Part shown: in pieces, positions 1-12,315 of the stretch | How positions within the stretch are numbered: the first letter of the stretch is position 1 | How the letters are laid out: each line of letters starts with the position of its first letter | Assembly: GCA_030704615.1 (NCBI GenBank) | Contig: CM060731.1 | Coordinates: forward strand, 22,444,001 to 22,508,000 | Length of the DNA stretch: 64,000 nucleotides | DNA from: Takakia lepidozioides | Taxonomy: Eukaryota > Plantae > Bryophyta | Direction of reading: 5' to 3' | Made by a program: the position numbers and the translations under genes | Notes under the pieces: model-generated | The model's database searches: none | Seen by the model: the letters and a program-made list of their open reading frames with translations, nothing else | Told to the model about the DNA's origin: nothing

Positions 1-3000
1 ATTTACTCGTAAACTTTGGATCGCGGTCCGAGACAATATCCTTTGGGACTCCATGATGCTTTAAGACGTGGGCAAAGTAAAGTCGCTCTGTTTCCTGCGC
101 CATTGCCGTCTCCTTGGTGGGGATGAAATGACCCATTTTACTGAACCTATCCACCACCACCATGATTGCATCGAATCCTTTTGACAGCGGCATAGCAGTC
201 ATGAAATCCATCGAGACGCTTTCCCAAGTCCCCTCTGGAATCGGCAAGGGTTGTAACAGCCCTGCTTGCTTTTTGTACTCGCTCCGGTTTTGTTGGCATG
301 TGGTGCATGTCTTGACATACTCCTCTGCCTCCTCCCTCAGTTTGGGCCAGAAATACTCTTTCTTCAAGAGTGCCGCAATGCGTTTGGCTCCGCCGTGGCC
401 CGCAAGCGGGCTATCATGGCATTCTCTCAAGAGGCTATCTCTGATCCCTCCCTTCGGCACGTAGAGACGTTTTTGCTTATACCGGAGCAGTCCATTTTGC
501 AAGTGGAACTGCGATTTAACCCCCATTCTCAAGTCCTGCATCACGGACTTTGCCAGCTCATCCTTCCGGCAAGCCTTCCGGATCTCCCTTTGGAGCGCTG
601 TCTCGCCCTTGTACACCAACAAGAGCTGCTGCTTTCTACTTAAAGCATCGGCCACCATATTGTCCCGTCCCGGTTTGTACTGGATATCCACGTCGAACAC
701 CGCCAAAGTATCTTGCCCACCTAAGTTGTTTTGGGGACAACTTGGGCTGCGTGGCAAAATACTTCACTGTGACATTGTCCGTGAACACCTTCACTGGGTT
801 GGAACCAACATAGTGGCGCCAAAGCTCAAGGCAATGCACCACCGCCTTCATCTCTTTTTCGTGCGTCGGCCACCGTCGCTCCACTTCATTCAGTTTCTTA
901 CTTTCGTAAGCCACTGGACGTCCATCTTGCATAAGTACTCCCCCAATCGCGAAGTCCGACGCATCTGTATGAATCTCAAATGGACGATCGAACTCCGGGA
1001 TTTTCAAGACTGGAGCTTCCGCCATCCGCTGCTTCAATTCAGCAAAAGCTTGGCCACAAAAGGTGTTCCATGCCCAGACTTTAGATTTACACAGAAGGTC
1101 TGACAGCGGCCCCGCAATCTTGGCGAAATTTCTCACATACTTCCGGTAATAGGAGGCGAGTCCTAGGAAGGATCGCACTCCCGGGACCGAAGTCAGAGGC
1201 TCCCAGTCCAAGATTGCCCTTACCTTTCTGTCATCCATTTTGATCCCATCCTGTGTAATCACATGCCCCAAGAACTCTACTTTCGTGACCCCGAATTCGC
1301 ACTTTGAAGCTTTGGCATACAGCTTTCCTTCTCGCAATTTTCGGAACACCCTTTTGAGGTGCTCCAGGTGCTCCTACTTTGTTTTCGAGTACACCAAGAT
1401 GTCGTCGATGTACACGATCACAAAGTCATCCAACCACTCCTGAAAAAGGCTGTTCATCAGCGTGCTAAATGTCGCTGGTGCATTGGTGAGCCCAAAAGGC
1501 ATCACCAAGAACTCATATGAACCATACCTTGTCCTGCACGCGGTCTTCTCCTCATCTCCTTCCGCCACCCGAATTTGGTGATAGCCGGAGCGCAAGTCGA
1601 TCCGGCTGAAATACTTCGCTCCTGCCAACCGATCGAAGAGGTTGTCGATTCTTGGCAAACGGTACCGGTTTTTGATAGTCACCTTATTCAGAGCCCTGTA
1701 ATCGACACACATCCGCAGCGTCCCATCCTTCTTGTCTGCAAATAGCACCGGGGCTCCGTAAGGTGACTTACTCGGCCGGATGTACCCCTTTGACATTAGA
1801 TCCTTGAGCTGAGTCTTCAGCTCGACCAACTCTCTGTGGCTCAACCGGTAGGGCGCCTTGGCAGGCGGTTCCGATCCCGGTATCACCTCAATCTTGTGGT
1901 CAACTCCTCTTCGCGGTGGCAAGCCGCTTGGTAAATCCTCCGGCATCACATCCTGGTATTTCTCCAAAATCCCCTTGATCCAATCTGGGCTCGGCTCCCC
2001 ATCGCCTTCTCCCTTCACTTCTCTAATGTAAAGCACAAACTGGGGCTCGTGTGCCTGCTCCACGGCCCACTCTTTTGCTGACAGAAGGTTTATTCGCCCT
2101 CCCACGGATTTGGGCGTTTCAGACACTCGTAAAACCTCGCCACCATTCCCACATGGCAGCGTGACTACTCTCTTGCGGCCATCTATGACCGCTCCGGATT
2201 TGCTCAAAAAGGTCATCCCCGAAATGAGATCCACTCCATCGATCTCGCAGATGGTGAAGTTCTCGCGTCCCTCCCAACTCCCCAGTTGAAGAGGAACATC
2301 AATCGCCAACCTTGTCGCCAACTGTGGTTCTCCTTTGGCAGAACGCACCTCAATAGAGGCCCCCACGTCACTTGTCGGGAGTCCCAGCTTTTGTGCCGTT
2401 GCCGGTGTCATGAAGGAGTGCGACGCTCCTGTGTCCACCAACAACGACACATTAGTTCCGGATATTATCCCATCCACGAACAATAACTGACTCCCTTTTC
2501 GTAAGGCGCCAGTTTCCTGATACAACTCACAAGAAAATTTGCCTACCTTGCAAGTCCTGGTGACCACCGCTTCCACCAAGCGACTGATAGTATCTTCTGA
2601 CAGCTCCGTGGTCGCCCGAGTCATGTTCAATTGCCGGGGCTTCGTGCACTTCTTGGCCATGTGCCCGGGCTCCCCGCAATTGAAACACACTCCATCAAAG
2701 GTCGCCTTCTATCCGCCATAAGCCGCTCCACCCGCTTTTCCTTTTGAAGCACCGGGTGCCGCCTTGACGTGTGAAGGCCCTCCCTTCGATTTCCACGTGC
2801 CATTTTCGCCGCGTGGCCTATCCCATTTCTTTTCCGGTCGGAAGGAGTCACCTTCCCGCCGAATCTTCTTGTGGTTCAGCTCCGTACGACCTTGTCTTTC
2901 ACCCCTAGGCACATCTGAGAAACATTCAGCCCTCTCAATAGCCTCGTTCAAAGTCTTGGGTGGTTTCTCCTCCAACTTCCGCCTGGCCCATGGGGCCAGT

Positions 3001-3759
3001 CCCGCCACAAAGTTGAAGACCATTTCTGGTTCTGCCATGTCCGTGACTTCGAGCAACAACACATTGAAAGCCTGGACATACCCCCGAATGTCATCTGTTT
3101 GCTTCAAATTCCTCATCTTGTCCCGGGCAAGCCAGGACGCGTTGAGGGGCACAAACTGTCTCTTCATCAATTCCTTGAACCCACTCCAATTCAAGGTTTC
3201 CGGGCCTGGACCTCGGTCGTGAAGGCGTTTTTGCCACCATTGTTGAGCATAGCCTCTCAAATAGGTGGGAGCCACTTCCACCCGATCCTCGTCACTCAAC
3301 TTGGCCGCCCGGAAGTACTGCTCTAGCTCCAAGAGCCAGGTGTTGAGTGCCTTCCGATTTCGGACGCCCTCGAAGGTGCCAGTTCCTTAGGCTTCACCTT
3401 AAACTTTGCCTTAGTGGAAGTGGCATTAGCCGCCTTCAACACGTCTTTCAACGTCCCGCCAAATTGCGCCAACAACCCTTCCCAAAAGGCTGCCGGCATG
3501 GGAGGCATCTCTTGGCTTGTCGGAGCTCTCAAGGATTCCTTGGGCTCCGACTCCTCGGATTCCTCCCGCTCTTGGGCGGCCTCGTTTCGGAAACATGCAT
3601 CGCTTCCTCAAACGGCCGCCTCAGGGACACGCCGCCCCCATCGGGCTCACCGGGATCATCATCTTTTGGGCCGTTCCGCTTTCGCTTCGGCTTGCCCGAC
3701 CCCATGATGAGGCCAATCCCAAGGACGATTGCGTACTGAACTCTAAGCTCTGATACCAA
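1..3759 (-). pseudogene. gag-pol of element A, frameshifted (gag ~2627-3759; PR-RT 1374-2690; RT-RNaseH 636-1349; integrase 1-~600, runs off the window)
   Basis: ORF track fragments, plus manual translation of 1-360 minus: YVKTCTTCQQNR...SVSMDF...VVVDRFSK...IVSDRDPKFTSK. Confidence 0.9.
3747..3758 (-). promoter_or_regulatory. Primer-binding site, tRNA-iMet (TGGTATCAGAGC)
   Basis: Plus strand gctctgatacca, 2 nt from the LTR end. Confidence 0.95.
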
Positions 3760-3760
3760 G

Positions 3761-4485
3761 TGTCGCGCACCTCACTTCGGTAAGCTCCCCTTCAAGTCAT
3801 AGTTACTCGCTTTGATGCGCGCGCTTGACTCCCAACCTGGACGCCCGGGCCAACTTGGAGCTTCGGCTGCTCACCGGGACATAACGGTCCCCCTTCGCTT
3901 CCCACTAAACCCTCCACCTAATTGGGACTAGGAGAATTCCCTTTGGTAGATGGCAGTCCGGAACAGCTCCCCACTCTTTGGTCGCTTTCCGGCTCGCTCG
4001 CTTACTCACTAGTTTTTGGTCACCAACGGGCTTGCACCGTTCTCGGGGTTACTACTCCCTATATATACTTCTGTAGCTGTCCGCGGGGGTTTCACAACCA
4101 GCCATGCCATTTTATGGCGAACCACCACGAAGACCCTCGATTCCCGGTGGTGAGTCGCGGTGAGTCTTGGCCCACTCACCGCGGCCCCAATGGACCGTGA
4201 TGAGTCCCAAGACTCCCCACGATTCCCACCTCGAGGTCTCCACCCCATGGTGAGTCCTATGCCACCCCCACTAAGTCCCGCTAAGCTACCACCACCCCTT
4301 GTGGAGCCACCCCCACCGCAACCCGGTGTGCGGGGCTCCACCTAGTGAGCGCCTCCGCCTCCTTGAGTGCCTTGGGCACTCAAGGGTGCTTCAGCCCTCG
4401 TACCTATCGCTGCTACTGCCCCCACCACAGGGGCAGCCCCTCTTGTGTCCCGACCTCCCTGCCCTCAAGGCAAAGGGCTGCGACA
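3761..4485 (-). repeat. 5' LTR of element A (725 bp)
   Basis: TG...CA ends with 6-bp inverted termini; closely similar to 12717-13444. Confidence 0.95.
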
Positions 4486-5380
4486 AACCTGAAGAAGTTT
4501 GACAATGATAGAGCTCAAGTTTTTTTTCACCTCTTCTTCACAAACAATCCCTAATTTATTCATGATGACCTCACCTCTTTTTCATCAACATAAACCTGAA
4601 CAAGATTGACAATGATAGAGCTCAATTTTTTTCACCTCTTCTTCACAAACAAACCCTAAATAAGCATTCATGATGACCATCTGGTTTTTTTTCACCTCTT
4701 CTTCAATAACAGAAACCTGAACAAGTTTGACAATGATAGAGCTTAACTTTTTTTTTCACCTCTTCTTCACAAACAAACCCTATATAAGCATTCATGATGA
4801 CCATCTGATTTTTTTTTCACCGCTTCTTCAATAACAGAATCCTAAGCAAGTTTCACAAGGATAGCTCAATGTTTTTTTTACTTCTTCTTCACAAAGACAC
4901 CCTAAATAAGGAATCACAATGACCATGTTTTTTTTTTCACCTCATCTTCAATAACACAAACCTGAACAAAGTTCCACAATAAACCGCTCATTTTGTTACA
5001 CATCTTCTTCACAAACAAAGCCTAAATAAGCTTGAAGATGGTCATCTGTCAAATTTTCACCTCATCTACATTAATAAAAACCATTGCCTGTTTCACAATG
5101 AGTGGTCATATTTTGGGGCCTGTTCTTGCCCATCCTCATTATTTTAATCCTCTCCTTCAATATTTCATCCATCCATCATTCACCACCATGGATGAAATAC
5201 TGGAAACGTCAGATAGCTTGACAATGACCATCCAAACTTTTCTTGCCTCTTGTTCATGCAAGAATCCCTAAGTAAGATTCATGATGACTCACCCAGCCTT
5301 TTTTTTCACCTCTTCTTCAATAAGAAAACCTCAGTAAGTTTCACAATGACCATTCCATTTTTTCTATACCTCTTTTTTTA
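4486..5380. repeat. Degenerate AT-rich tandem repeat (~60-bp monomers in ~120-bp dimers)
   Basis: Recurring 'tttcacctcttcttcacaaacaaaccctaaataag' and 'aaacctgaacaagtttgacaatgatagagctc'. Confidence 0.8.
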
Positions 5381-5502
5381 AGCGCTATAACTGCTTCTAC
5401 GACAATAGGACCCTCTCTAAATAGAGGACTCGAGTATGGGGCCTGCTTCTTCCTCCACTAAACCCCTGGGCTCACGCGGCTAGGCTCACGCCGTAGCTGC
5501 AC

Positions 5503-5975
5503 TCTAAGATGGAGTATTCCACCTGTTGCAGATGCTCTTCTGTTCGTAGGCTGGATGAAAAGCAAGGCGGTTGGTATGGCTAATTAAATGTGCCTAATGT
5601 TAGCCAAAGGCCCTTGTCTCATTCCAACAGTAGCCTAATCTGACAGGGTGGCTGCTGATGTGTGGGAGAAACTTAAAGAAATCCTGACAGCCAATAAGAG
5701 GCCACCATTTGCCATTCCAGATTAGCCCTTTCCTTAATATAAAAAGCAGCTGGCTTATGCCAAACGCAGGATGTTTTGTGTGATGATAATAGTGTACGTG
5801 GATGAGCCTGGTGTTTGGATGTGTTGCACTTGATGCCCCTGCATGTGATTTGATTGCGAGGCTCCTCTAGCAAGAGATCCTTCCTATTTAGCTTGGCGTG
5901 CTTTACTGGCTAACTTCCCCGCTTCAGTGCCCGAACTCGTAGAGGATAAGGGAATATCCCCCGGGTAGAGAAATT
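5503..5975 (+). repeat. 5' terminal repeat (A1) of element B
   Basis: t(c/g)taagatggagtattcc...gggtagagaaatt, repeated at 12327-12716 plus 13450-13542. Confidence 0.9.
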
Positions 5976-5991
5976 TGGTGGAGATGGGGGG
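5976..5991 (+). promoter_or_regulatory. Primer-binding site, probably tRNA-Ala
   Basis: TGGTGGAGATGGGGGG directly after the repeat; matches the complement of the plant tRNA-Ala 3' end as I recall it (TGGTGGAGATGCGGGG) at 15/16. Confidence 0.75.
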
Positions 5992-6177
5992 CACTTTTGC
6001 ATTGTAATCTGATGGCTCGGGTGTTCTAGTGATGATAACCTAGGGTCGGTGTGGCTATGGTGCAACGACGGCAGTATGGGATATCTAGGAAAATGGCGGC
6101 TCAATCCACCCTGCGCAATCATTTATTCCACCCTGTGTATGTTGTTGCTGCTAGTTTTGTGTCTTCCTACCTTGTGA

Positions 6178-8359
6178 GTGAACACTGTGTACGCAGCGGC
6201 CATGGCATCCAGTTCGAGTAATGCTGCTTCCTTTGAGGTTGAAGACGATTCGTTTGAAGCTGTTTTTCTGGTTATTATACGTGATCTAGCGTCGCCTGAT
6301 GTGCTTAAGCCATACGAAGGAGAACCACCTGTGAGAGGGGATGCAGAGATCCCGCTTGATGTTCCCTCTGATTACTGGATAGAAAAATTTGAGCAGACTG
6401 CTATAGATGAAGGTCGCAAATACGTGCATTCTGAAGGCGAGAAGCGCGAACAGCGTCGCAACATCACTAAAGCCAAGCAGGGTGCTTTTGCTGGCAGATT
6501 ATTGCATGGCATTTACAGGGAGAGGCAGTCTATCTCAATCACAACCACCGCTTCATTTCTTCCTACATTTTAGAGAATCAAACCAGTAAGATGGGAGAGG
6601 TAAAGGATGCTTCTGAACGAATTTTTGAAGCCAGTGAGCCTAGTACTGAGTTCACTGCGGGTGGGACGAGATTGCCGGGTCCTGAAACTCAGCTGAGTGT
6701 GGCCACATCTCATGTTGAGCAACAAACAAGTGAACCAGAGCTTGATGATTTGTGCCATGCGATGCGTCTTATTTCTGACTGTCCTGCTTTGTTGGAATTA
6801 CTCCTTGCTAAACGTACTCAGAATGTAGTTGTGCTTGCAAGATCCCATGAGACCCGCATGACGAAGCAACCTTATCCGGAATACAAGGTGGGGCAAAACT
6901 TTGATAATTTTCTCACCTTTTTTGAGATGAGTGTGAAGATGAATGCAGTCCCACCTACTTTTGTCACAAATGCATTTCGTTTTTGTCTCAAGGGAGAGGC
7001 CCAAGAACTCTTTGAGCCACTATCAAAGATCTGGGGGATGTGCCATGGTCTGAAGCTAAAGGTTTGGCTGAACAATTATTTCACGAAGAAAAGTTGCCTG
7101 ATTACTGTGTACCTAAGAGACGATATAAGGAAGGGGAAATTATACATAAGTACTATACTGATATACGTACGGTTGTGTGTAAGACTGTTCCTGTTCTCTC
7201 GGAAAGGCCATTGGCCATTAAACTAGGCTTCATCCGAGGACTGCCTCCTGCAGAGCAAGTATATCTGCAACGAAACAAGTACTCCACCGAAAAAGAAATG
7301 GTTCAATAAATTGAAGAACGCTTGCGCACTAAAGCAGCTAAACGGGGAGTTGTACCCAAAATTCAACCTACTCACATGATGAGTGATGCTTCAGAACTGG
7401 TTATGAGCACTAACTAGGGAGAAGCCCTAGAGCTTCTTCTTGCAGTGGTACGAGATGTGCAGGAAACGGTCATACTTGAATTACAAGCCTTTAAGGCTGA
7501 TGCTCGTTGGCAAGCCCCATCAAATTCCAACCAGAGTGGTGGCAACAGGGGACGTACTAATACTGGTGCTGGTTATCAAAGTCATGCAACATGTTATATT
7601 TGCAAAGGCAAGAATCATGTCACCAGATTTTGTCCTTACCAGGCTGATTTTCCAGGTATGATTGAAAACTTTGAGAGGGAAAAAGAAAAGAAGGGTAAGG
7701 CTCGTTTAAAAGAATAGGGTCACCTGCGAATGAAGGGACAAGTGGTCGTGGAGTTAAACCTTCTGAACCCCTAACTACTATTCTTGTTTCTGACACTTTC
7801 AAATTGCTACATACTGAAGTGCTTAAACCCAGGAAGAAGCTGCGTATACACCCAATACTTACTCAATGTCATGTAGGCCATTTGTCTTTTTCCTGCATAG
7901 TTGACACTGGATGCACGGTTTCTGCTATTCCATTACATGTAGTTCAGGTGTTGGTTTTGAAACTAGTACCTGCCAAAGGGCTGGAAGTTACTATAGCTGA
8001 TGGCACCAAGTATGAGCCTTTAGGGCTTGTAACCTTTCCCATTGGAATAGCTGGACAGGTGGTCACGGTGACTGGTATTGTCACTATGGGAGAGCAATTT
8101 CTAATTGGCTTGGATTGGATGAGGGAAGCCAGGGCAGAAATCAACTTACACACTAATGTCATGACCTTGAGCAATGGCAATGGTACCAGGCATACTGTCA
8201 ATCTGAACTCTGTCCCTATCATGGTTGGGAGTTCCACTCGACATCTTATTCAGATGAAGGTTGTTGCTCAAGAGGTTCGCCAAAGAGCTGGTAATTCATA
8301 CAACTGGACCAGATTCTTTAATTTTAATAGTGAATCAACCACTACCCTCCTCCAATGGC
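6178..8359 (+). pseudogene. Element B gag (frameshifted) and aspartic protease
   Basis: CYICKGKNHVTRFC zinc knuckle (~7592-7633); IVDTGCTVS...FLIGLDWM protease in ORF 7804-8445. Confidence 0.8.
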
Positions 8360-8685
8360 ATTTGCCTGAACCAGGTAAGAAGACTGGAGCCCCTCTTCCT
8401 GTTTCCAGCAATTCAGTACTTTTGAGGGCTCCTCACGATATTTGATTTGCCTGCAATGTCCCAAATCTTGGCCCCCACTGGCCTGGCTTTTATTTGTCCT
8501 AAGGACATGTATATGGAAATCGAAGGCTGGAAGAAGTTGTCTTTGCAGAAATACTGTTTGGTGGCGTCTGGGGTTTTGGACAGAGGGTACCGAGGAGAAA
8601 TCAAATTACTCCTTGCTAATCCTGAGCGTATGATGGTCAAAATCAAGAAAGGTCAGGTTATGGCTCGACTCACTGCCTTGCCCTT
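8360..8685 (+). pseudogene. dUTPase-like domain of element B, between protease and RT
   Basis: APTGLAF...GVLDRGYRGEIKLLLAN...IKKGQVMARL resembles dUTPase motifs 3 and 4; motif 2 (RSG) is degenerate. Confidence 0.75.
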
Positions 8686-10219
8686 GACTACGATTCAATC
8701 TGTAGAGGCTGCTCTCAATTTTCATGACATTGGTCTTATAGATAGCCCTATGGACAGACTTGTTGCCATGACCAACATTGTTGCAGTCAGTGATGACACT
8801 ATTCTCACCTCAGAACAAGAGGAGCACTTTGCCCAAGTGCTGGCAGAAATCCAGGTGGGTGATATAACCAAGGTTCAACTGGCTAAATTGCATGCTTTGA
8901 TCCGTAGGAACTTGTCTGTGTTCAGTCAAGGGTCTCATGATCTTGGTAGAACCAATGTTTTGAATAACGAGATTATCACTGATGGGCATCCAGTCAAGCA
9001 ATATGCCTATCGTGATTCTGTCCGTGAGAGGGCAGTGGTTCAGGATGAGATTAAGAAAATGTTGAATGCTGGTGTCATCCGCCCCTCTGTGTCACCTTGG
9101 GCCAGCCCGATTGTGTTGGTAGCCAAAAAAGATGGTTCCACTAGGTTTTGTGTCGACTTCAGACGGCTCAATTCCATGACTAAGAAAGATGTGTACCCTT
9201 TACCAAGAATTAATGAGACCCTGGATCAGCTTAGTGGTGCCACCATTTTCTCTTCACTTGACCTAGCTTCTGGCTTTTGGCAAGTCCCTCTAACAGAAGC
9301 ATCTAAAGAGAAAATTGCTGCTTTTACATACAGATATGGCATGTATCAATACGAGACCTTGCCATTCGGACTCTGCAATGCCACGGCAACGTTCCAAAGA
9401 CTTATGGATGTAGTCCTTGGCAATCTGAGATGGGAATGTGCATTAGTCTACATCGACGACATTAATGTTTATTTTGCTACTTTCGATTCTCACCTCATTG
9501 ACCTGCAGCGTGTGTTATGTCGTCTCAAAGCTGCAGGTCTCAAGGTTAAAGCCAAAAAATGCGATTTTTGCATGGCAGAGCTCAAATTTCTTGGCCACAT
9601 CCTTTGTGGGGAAGGCATCAAACTTGATGTTAGCAAAATCCAGGCAGTATGGGACTTCCCTGTTCCCCGTGACAAGCATTGTGTCCGTGCCTTCCTTGGC
9701 CTTGCCTCCTATTATAGATGTTTTATCCTCCATTTTGCTAACATGGCTGGTCCCTTGTTCAGGCTTCTATGCAAGGATGTTCGCTTTCACTGGGGCATAC
9801 CTGAGACCAAGGCCTTTGAACAACTGAAAATAGCCCTCACAACTGCTCAAGTGCTGGTTTTTCCAGACTTCTCTCTCCCCTTTCTTTTGCAAACAGATGC
9901 CAGTGACATGGCTGTTTTTGCAATTCTCAGCCAAGTGCGAGATGGTAGAGAACATGTTGTTGCTTACGCATCTAGGCGGCTTGATAAACATGAAAAAAAT
10001 TATAGTATTACTGACAAGGAGGGGTTGGCCGTCATTTTTGGTGTAAAACACTTCAGACAGTACCTGCATGGTTGTTATTTCACCGTGGAGACAGATCACC
10101 TACCTCTCAAAGCCCTTAAAACTCCTCGTGAATTGTCCGGCAGACTTGCTATATGGTCTTTACTTCTACAGGGCTTTGAATTTGACATTGTTTACAAGTT
10201 CATCCCAGGCATGATGTAA
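8686..10219 (+). pseudogene. Element B RT-RNaseH
   Basis: SPWASPIVLV, RFCVDFRRLN, YIDD, LQTDASD, ETDHLPL. Confidence 0.95.
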
Positions 10220-10689
10220 CCGGTAGTCTCTTTGCAATCTTTAGCTGACCACATGAAGCAAAACTTTACTCGGGGAGAAACCAAAATCCATGTTCCTTAT
10301 ACGACCCTAGATGACTTGGTTCGCATGCAAAATCCTGATCGTTTGCTGCCTGATTCACATCCACGTGCATCCTTTTTGAGCTTGATGGATGAGTTCTCCT
10401 ATGCCCTTACACCTGTTGGGGATCTCATCACTTTTGATGTTCATTAAGATGGTCACTTTGGTACTTGCATGTCTGGACTGGTCCACGTTTGCTTGATCAA
10501 TGCTGCCTGTTTACTACAGCAGTACCTTCTTCTTCTTCATGGCCATGTGTTTCTTATTGTTACTTCCCTTAGGACCTGTACTTCATGCCCAGTCTACCAT
10601 CATAGGTAAGCCTGATTCAGATGCGATGCAGGGTTCGAAGACCACAGGGGCAGACACTTCTGATTACAAGCTATTAACCCACTGTTTCT

Positions 10690-11962
10690 TTGGCTCTGTG
10701 CATGATAGGCATGGATGACTCCCTGTTCGCAGCCCTTCTCCACAAGTGCAAGGCCGACACACAACTCCCAGGTATTTCCAAGACACTTCAAAGGCAAGTT
10801 AACTATCACCTTCCCTGTCATGTGGAACGTGAAGGTAAATTGTTGAAGAACATTGTCTTGGATGGCCTTATCAAAACCGTGGAGGTTCCTAATAGGAGCT
10901 CAATTCCAGAGTTGCTTGAATTATATCATGCCTCCCCTTTTGCTGGTCACCTTGGTGTGACAAAAACTGTTAAGCGTTTGCAAGAACTGTATACCTAGAA
11001 GGGTATGCATCAGGACGTTGCCTCATTTGTTTCTAAGTGCGTTGAATGTCATGCCAAGACATTGCTTCCTCGGGCTCGCGCTTCATTACCCATGCAGCCT
11101 ATACCTGTCACTGGCCTCTTTGACAGGGTGGGCTTAGATCTTGTGGGACCTCTTAAACTCACCGAGAAGGGTCACTCCTACATAGCCGTGGCCACTGACT
11201 ACTTCTCTAAATGGGTTGAGTTCCAACTTTTGGTCGCGAAAGATGCAGATTCAGTCGCACAGTTTTTCTTTGATGAAATCATTCTAAGGCACACATGTCC
11301 TCTTGAGATACTTACAGATCAGGGTACCGAGTTCTGCAATCATCTGATGCAGATGATATGCTTCAATCTTGGGGTAAAACACCGCACCACGACGCCTTAT
11401 CATCCCCAGTGCAACGGTCTGACTGAGCGATTCAATAAGACCATGTGTTCCATGTTGGAGAAGAATGGTTCTCTGTTGGGTGATTGGGATGTAGCTCTTC
11501 TAGTTTTGATTTTTGCTTATAGGACATCCTTTCATGCAAGTACCGGGTATACACCCTTTGAGCTAGTATATGGCAGACTTGCTCGCAGCCTTTTACATGA
11601 CACTCCGCTGATTCCAGTCACTAGTACTGACCCCATTGATTGGGATTTATTCTTGGTTGAGATGACTGCTAAAGCAAAAGCTCCAATCTTCTGCCAAAAC
11701 TAACATAGCCAAGGCCCAGACAATTCAGGCTCGCAATTATAACCGGCGTGTGTGCTATTCTAAAGAATTTCTGCAGGGTCAATTTGTGTGTGTGCGGCTC
11801 CAGCAAGGGAAAATCATTTCCAAGAATTCCAAGCGTATCGAGGGCCCCTATCTTATTGCGGAAGTCTTGCGGGGCAGACAATTTAAGCTGCTCCCTCAAC
11901 ATCCCTCTGTCCTCCTCTTTCCCACACTGTCCATCTTGATTATCTTGTGCATTGCAAATTAG
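10690..11962 (+). pseudogene. Element B integrase (stops and frameshifts)
   Basis: H..GHLG..CVEC zinc finger, GLDLVGP, LTDQGTEF, NGLTERFN, GPY motif. Confidence 0.9.
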
Positions 11963-12315
11963 TTTTTGATCTCACTTGTATTATTGTAGAGGGCTGTCGT
12001 GTTGTTCTTACCCCTGGCCGTGCTGCATGAGTGCAGATCATAAGTTCCTATTTTTTGCTTTTAAAACTTGGCTATGTGCAGTGGTGGAGCTGCATCAGTT
12101 TGTTGTGGCTTGGCTTGACTTCACCAGCTAGCTTTAGTGTTTTTTTTTACATCTGATTGTGAGAGACGATGAGAGCTAAGGAACTGCTCTTATGAGCTTG
12201 CATCAATTGTATGGTTTGGGGTTTTTCCTGTTGGGGGTTTTGTCCTTCACCGCTCGCGCCTTGCATTGGTAAAATTTCCGAAGCTCGCTGGAGCTCACTC
12301 CTCCTGGCATGGGCG

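Larger units (their letters stand above)
1..4485 (-). mobile_element. Ty3/Gypsy LTR retrotransposon A (chromovirus-like; 3' part lies outside the window)
   Basis: 5' LTR 3761-4485 (TGTCGC...GCGACA), Met-tRNA PBS, then gag ([14 protein letters not shown] knuckle), protease (LVDTGAS), RT (YIDD), RNaseH (TDAS) and integrase, in Gypsy order on the minus strand. Confidence 0.95.

Noticed and set aside
5498-5502. TSD for element B
   Set aside because: The left flank (tgcac) does not match the right flank (ggctg), and the left terminus is altered (TC instead of TG)
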